A stretch of 64,000 bases of DNA from NCBI GenBank assembly GCA_964653375.1, contig CAZZFD010000001.1, positions 60,503-124,502 of the forward strand, written 5' to 3'. Positions 60,161 to 64,000 of the stretch are shown here, one piece after another. This DNA comes from an uncultured Bacteroides sp. (GTDB lineage Bacteria; Bacteroidota; Bacteroidia; Bacteroidales; Muribaculaceae). A program made the translations under genes and the position numbers. Below the pieces are notes generated by a model. The model was not told the DNA's origin. It did no database searches and saw only the letters and a list, made by a program, of their open reading frames with translations. Each line of letters starts with the position of its first letter. Position 1 is the first letter of the stretch.

Positions 60161-61180
60161 ATGCAACGTTTTTCTATAAAAGTACTTTTTTTATTCTTAA
60201 TGGTGTTTGGAGTCAATGATATGTATGGCTCCAATGATTCAATTAATTATATACCTGAGTTTCATGGTACACTGAGAGGCCGATTTGAGATGTCGGTTGA
60301 AGATGGTGTGCATCGTTTTCAGGTGCGTAATGCCAGGGTTAGTGCTACCGGGCGGTTCGCTCCGTGGGGTAAATATTTTTTACAGGTTGATTTGTGTCAA
60401 GGTGGAAAATTCGTGTTTCTCGATGCGTATGCTTTGGCGGATATAGGTAGATCATGGTCTATTAAAGCCGGTCAATTCAGAATCCCGTTTGGAGTGGAAA
60501 TGTTTCGCATACCTCACGAGTATCTGTTTGCCAACCGTCCGTTTATAAGCAAGCAGATGAGTAATTATCGTGGAGTGGGTGCTCAAGGTGGTTATAAATT
60601 ATCAGGAGTACCGGTATTTATAGAGGCGGGAGCATTTAATCTTGGCTCGCTTACGAATCATGTACGTTGGAATAGTGAGCTTAGTTATGCCGTAAAGGCC
60701 ACTTATAAAATAGATGATTGGCTTGTGAGCGGTAGCTTTGAGTCTATAATTCCTTATGGTGTGAGAATTAACATGGTAGATGTGGCATTGCGTTGGCATC
60801 ATGAACGCTGGCGTGTGGAGAGTGAGTATTTATATGAGCATTTTACAAACATGGCTCATATTCCGTGCCACGGGTATAATTTGCAGGCGGATTATTCGAT
60901 GCCAATCAGACTCTGGTATTTCGATTCGCTTTCATTTCAAGGTCGTTTTGACGGTATGACCGCAGGGAGTTCAGGCAAACCTGATGATGCCGGTAAACTC
61001 ATCACTGATTATCCGGAGCGTAATCGCATCACCCTCGGGTCAACGATTGGTTATCACCGCACAAAGTCTATGTATCTGCTGTTGAGAATTAACTATGAAA
61101 AAAATTTCTACCGCCGGGGATTTATACCGGCGATAGAAAATAATGATTGTGTCCTTGCGGAACTTATGTTGCGCTTTTGA
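60161..61180 (+). CDS. porin-like outer membrane protein (OprO/P-like)
   Basis: RFQVRNARVS, LDAY, GQFRIPFG; terminal Phe. Confidence 0.7.
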   Translation: MQRFSIKVLFLFLMVFGVNDMYGSNDSINYIPEFHGTLRGRFEMSVEDGVHRFQVRNARVSATGRFAPWGKYFLQVDLCQGGKFVFLDAYALADIGRSWSIKAGQFRIPFGVEMFRIPHEYLFANRPFISKQMSNYRGVGAQGGYKLSGVPVFIEAGAFNLGSLTNHVRWNSELSYAVKATYKIDDWLVSGSFESIIPYGVRINMVDVALRWHHERWRVESEYLYEHFTNMAHIPCHGYNLQADYSMPIRLWYFDSLSFQGRFDGMTAGSSGKPDDAGKLITDYPERNRITLGSTIGYHRTKSMYLLLRINYEKNFYRRGFIPAIENNDCVLAELMLRF

Positions 61181-62086
61181 TTAGTCTTTCAGACGCACAA
61201 AGATATTATCTATGCCGAGATAACATGGTGTAGCGAGTGAACCGTAATTGATATCGCTGCCTTCGAAGTCAAATTTGATGGAATGTACCTTTCCCAGATC
61301 GGAGAGAGACCAATAAATCCAAGAGATGGGAACTTCGACCGGTGTTATTCCTTCGCGGAAGTCACAGAGATATTTTTCTATAGGTCTACCTTGATTGGTG
61401 GGCTGACCTTTGGCATCAAAACCGTAGGCAAGAACTTTTACCCAGCCTTTCTGCTCCTTGAGATTTTTTTGAGGATCAGAGCCGAAGGGATTCCCTTTTG
61501 TGACAGCTCCATAGAAGTAAGCTGTGGGGCAGATGGCGATTTGATCGATGGGAAGCTCATAATTGTCGTTAAAAGATATTTCGGGTCGGTAATCTCCGTA
61601 TGACGATTCGTTGCCATAGATTATAGCGAACGTGTTGCTGCCGTCGGCTCCGGCATTTTGGTTGGAGCAGGGGATTGAAAACTCGTTGTAGATGCTGCAC
61701 TGATTTTCGTATGTGTACCACCAATTATCGGCTTGCATAGTAGAAGTGTTGTGCATATTGTTCCAGGTTGACAAGGCTACTCCTCCGGCTGAAAAATCAG
61801 GTTTGTTACTGTAGCTGCTTATATTTAATCCTATATGAAGCGAAATGCTTGATGTGACGTAGAGATTTGCCGAGGTATATTTGATGCCGGTATAGTCGGG
61901 ATAAAGATTTTCGCCATAGGATGTCGGGCCGGCAAGGGTCAGATTGCCTTCCTCAAAATCTATCACGCAATAAGTAGGAAGTTGCGGTTCGTCGGTTTCG
62001 GAGTCGGAATTACATGATGTGAATGTAACAAATCCCGAAAGAGTGATAATAGCGGGTAAGATACGATGTAATTTCATGAATTTCAT
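61181..62086 (-). CDS. DUF4465-like lipoprotein
   Basis: Lipobox FTSC; GADGSNTFAI, W..WSLSDLGKV...F.FEGSD and TPCYLGIDNI. Start at 62086 or 62077. Confidence 0.65.
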   Translation of the reverse strand: MKFMKLHRILPAIITLSGFVTFTSCNSDSETDEPQLPTYCVIDFEEGNLTLAGPTSYGENLYPDYTGIKYTSANLYVTSSISLHIGLNISSYSNKPDFSAGGVALSTWNNMHNTSTMQADNWWYTYENQCSIYNEFSIPCSNQNAGADGSNTFAIIYGNESSYGDYRPEISFNDNYELPIDQIAICPTAYFYGAVTKGNPFGSDPQKNLKEQKGWVKVLAYGFDAKGQPTNQGRPIEKYLCDFREGITPVEVPISWIYWSLSDLGKVHSIKFDFEGSDINYGSLATPCYLGIDNIFVRLKD

Positions 62087-62205
62087 ATTCAGGTTGAGTT
62101 TTTTGTTTTGATATGCAAAAGTAATAATATTCATTGAGAGCGCAAAAAAGGTTAAAACCGGTTAATGCTTACGGTTTATTGTACATTTATTATAATTTTG
62201 TGATT

Positions 62206-63021
62206 ATGAATGTAATTAAGTGCATACCTGTAGGTCTTTTATTATTTGTCTGCTACTCGGTTTTTGCTCAGACGGAGTCGCGCGATTCGTTGTCTGTGGC
62301 ATTCCCTGATTCAGTGGAAAGTTTCATGGTGCCCCGGACAGGTATAGAGACACGGCCATCTGTCAGTGGGTTGGAGTCGGAATGGATTACGGCTCCATCT
62401 TTATCCTTTGCCACACGTATGGCTCTTGCCAAAGAGATGCCGTTGCATTTTTCGCCTCAGTTTACCGATAAGGCTTATCTTGCTTCATGGACTGACGGTG
62501 GAATTGTGGCCTCGGGAGATATGATCCAGTATCCGGGACTGATGGGAATAGAGTCGGGGAGTGTAACATTGTTGCAGCGATTCGGTAATCTATCGTTAAG
62601 TTTATCGGCCACTGCCGATAAATATGGTTATTTTCGCGGGTTGCAGACCGCTTATGGGATTAACCTTAACTTAAGCTATAAATTAGCGCCCAATCTTTCG
62701 CTTACATTGTTCGGTAATTATTATTCCTCTGTTAGTCCGCTTATTCCTGCTATGGCCGGATATATGCACAGTAGCAAGTTTGGCGGATATCTAAGTTATG
62801 ATTTCGCACCTCATTGGGGGGTGAGTGTCGGAGCTCAGACTGAGCGGTCGTTATACAACGGTCGTTGGGAGACGCGTCCCATAGTGATGCCTTATTATAA
62901 AATTTCCGATGATGTAAAAATCGGAGCTGATTTTGGAGGCATCATCTATGAAGTTTTGCGTTCCGTAGCTGGTCCTGCTCCGCGTCAAGGCACCATACCA
63001 CCACCTCCTCCTCATCGCTGA
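62206..63021 (+). CDS. hypothetical exported, probably beta-barrel, protein with Pro-rich tail
   Basis: Signal peptide from the ATG at 62206 after TAATTTTG (62193-62200); alternating aromatic beta strands; ends PPPPPHR. Confidence 0.55.
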   Translation: MNVIKCIPVGLLLFVCYSVFAQTESRDSLSVAFPDSVESFMVPRTGIETRPSVSGLESEWITAPSLSFATRMALAKEMPLHFSPQFTDKAYLASWTDGGIVASGDMIQYPGLMGIESGSVTLLQRFGNLSLSLSATADKYGYFRGLQTAYGINLNLSYKLAPNLSLTLFGNYYSSVSPLIPAMAGYMHSSKFGGYLSYDFAPHWGVSVGAQTERSLYNGRWETRPIVMPYYKISDDVKIGADFGGIIYEVLRSVAGPAPRQGTIPPPPPHR

Positions 63022-63027
63022 GTATGT

Positions 63028-64000
63028 TTATTTGAGGATACCTGACGATATGCCTGATTGCTGCGATGCTTCATTGCCACGCTCTATTTTTTTGCCGAAA
63101 CCGAAGGTGTACGTTAATGTAATTTTGGCACAGGCATGACTGTTTATTGAATAGAATTGCTCTATCTTATCATAATATGGGCTGTGCATGGAGCTTTTGT
63201 TGCCTTTCCAATTCCATTTGGTAAAGTCGAAAACTTGCATTAGGATGTTCCATGAAGCGTTTGCCCACCCGGCTTGCAGCATCACTGTAGGTTTTGTTTC
63301 CATCCATGTACCCACCATGTAGCCGTCGGGATAGCCTTGAGCCGAATAATAGATGGCTGAAAAGCTCCAGTTATCAAGATAATATCGGGCGTTTATAGCA
63401 TAGCCAATTCTGGTTTTGTTGAGATTATACGGCGCACCGTTATGTACAGAGTTGGCATTGAGCTGTGCCGTCAATTGTAGCGAGCGGTCAAAGAGACGTA
63501 CCGAGCCGTAGATGCCGTAGCTGCATTGCCAATATTCACCTCCGGGCTGTTTGATTGTGCGGAGGATTCCTGTAGCGGTAGGCTCGTAGTCATAGATATA
63601 GCGATTATCAGCGATCCATGCCGAGAAAAAAGCCGAGAGGCTGTAGCGGTTGTTTGGTATAAACGAATAGTTTAATCCTACATCATAGCTGTTGAAAGGT
63701 ATAAGATTCGGATTTCCGGTATAGCTCATCAGAGGATTGCTTTGGATTATAGCCGTTGACAGAAAATTTGATGATGGAATGGATTTCATGTGATGAAAAT
63801 CACTACGCAAAGAATGGCGGTCGTTGGGTGAATATTGTAGTGACAAATCTATCCATGGTGCTGTGGATGTTTCTTTGAAATTGAGGTTGTCTTGTCTGTT
63901 CCAATGAAACCCGAAACCGGCCAACCCGTAGAATTTACCTTTTGACAGACTGTATTGTATTCCGGGACCTATGCGATAAGTCCGTGTATAGTCGCTCATG
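63028..64000 (-). CDS. outer membrane beta-barrel protein, C-terminal part (start outside window)
   Basis: Open reading frame runs to the window edge; YTGNPNLIP and LTYTFGFGKK motifs typical of Bacteroidales TonB-dependent-like barrels. Confidence 0.7.
   Translation of the reverse strand, partial: MSDYTRTYRIGPGIQYSLSKGKFYGLAGFGFHWNRQDNLNFKETSTAPWIDLSLQYSPNDRHSLRSDFHHMKSIPSSNFLSTAIIQSNPLMSYTGNPNLIPFNSYDVGLNYSFIPNNRYSLSAFFSAWIADNRYIYDYEPTATGILRTIKQPGGEYWQCSYGIYGSVRLFDRSLQLTAQLNANSVHNGAPYNLNKTRIGYAINARYYLDNWSFSAIYYSAQGYPDGYMVGTWMETKPTVMLQAGWANASWNILMQVFDFTKWNWKGNKSSMHSPYYDKIEQFYSINSHACAKITLTYTFGFGKKIERGNEASQQSGISSGILK

Overview
This 64-kb window looks like chromosomal DNA from a Bacteroidales bacterium, most likely Muribaculaceae-like (inferred from gene content, TAnnTTTG promoters and type IX secretion (T9SS) C-terminal tails). 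Most of it is housekeeping or envelope genes: folB, trmH, bcp, a RecD-like helicase, two GH92 mannosidases, an ECF sigma operon, tatD, a polyprenyl synthase, ompA, tpx, an acyl-CoA ligase, nqrABCDEF, exbB-exbD-exbD-tonB, nrnA, glmM, an NlpC/P60 peptidase, lptF/G, tgt, galM, priA, tamB, PPi-PFK, kdsB, a CotH kinase, ddh, ackA-pta, a lytic transglycosylase and uvrA. I found no tRNA, rRNA, CRISPR array, transposase, integrase or reverse transcriptase. The most unusual element is a ~1.9-kb unit between tamB and the PPi-PFK gene (about 43730-45620). A consensus promoter is followed by a ~400-nt, densely base-paired noncoding leader with two hairpin loops that are complementary over 34 nt and mutually exclusive pairings over the translation start region. 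The leader precedes a surface lipoprotein with an Ig-like domain and nine 63-bp LRR repeats whose framework is nearly invariant at the DNA level while the predicted binding-face codons vary strongly. All product calls come from motif recognition by eye and all RNA structures were paired by hand; no database search or folding program was run.
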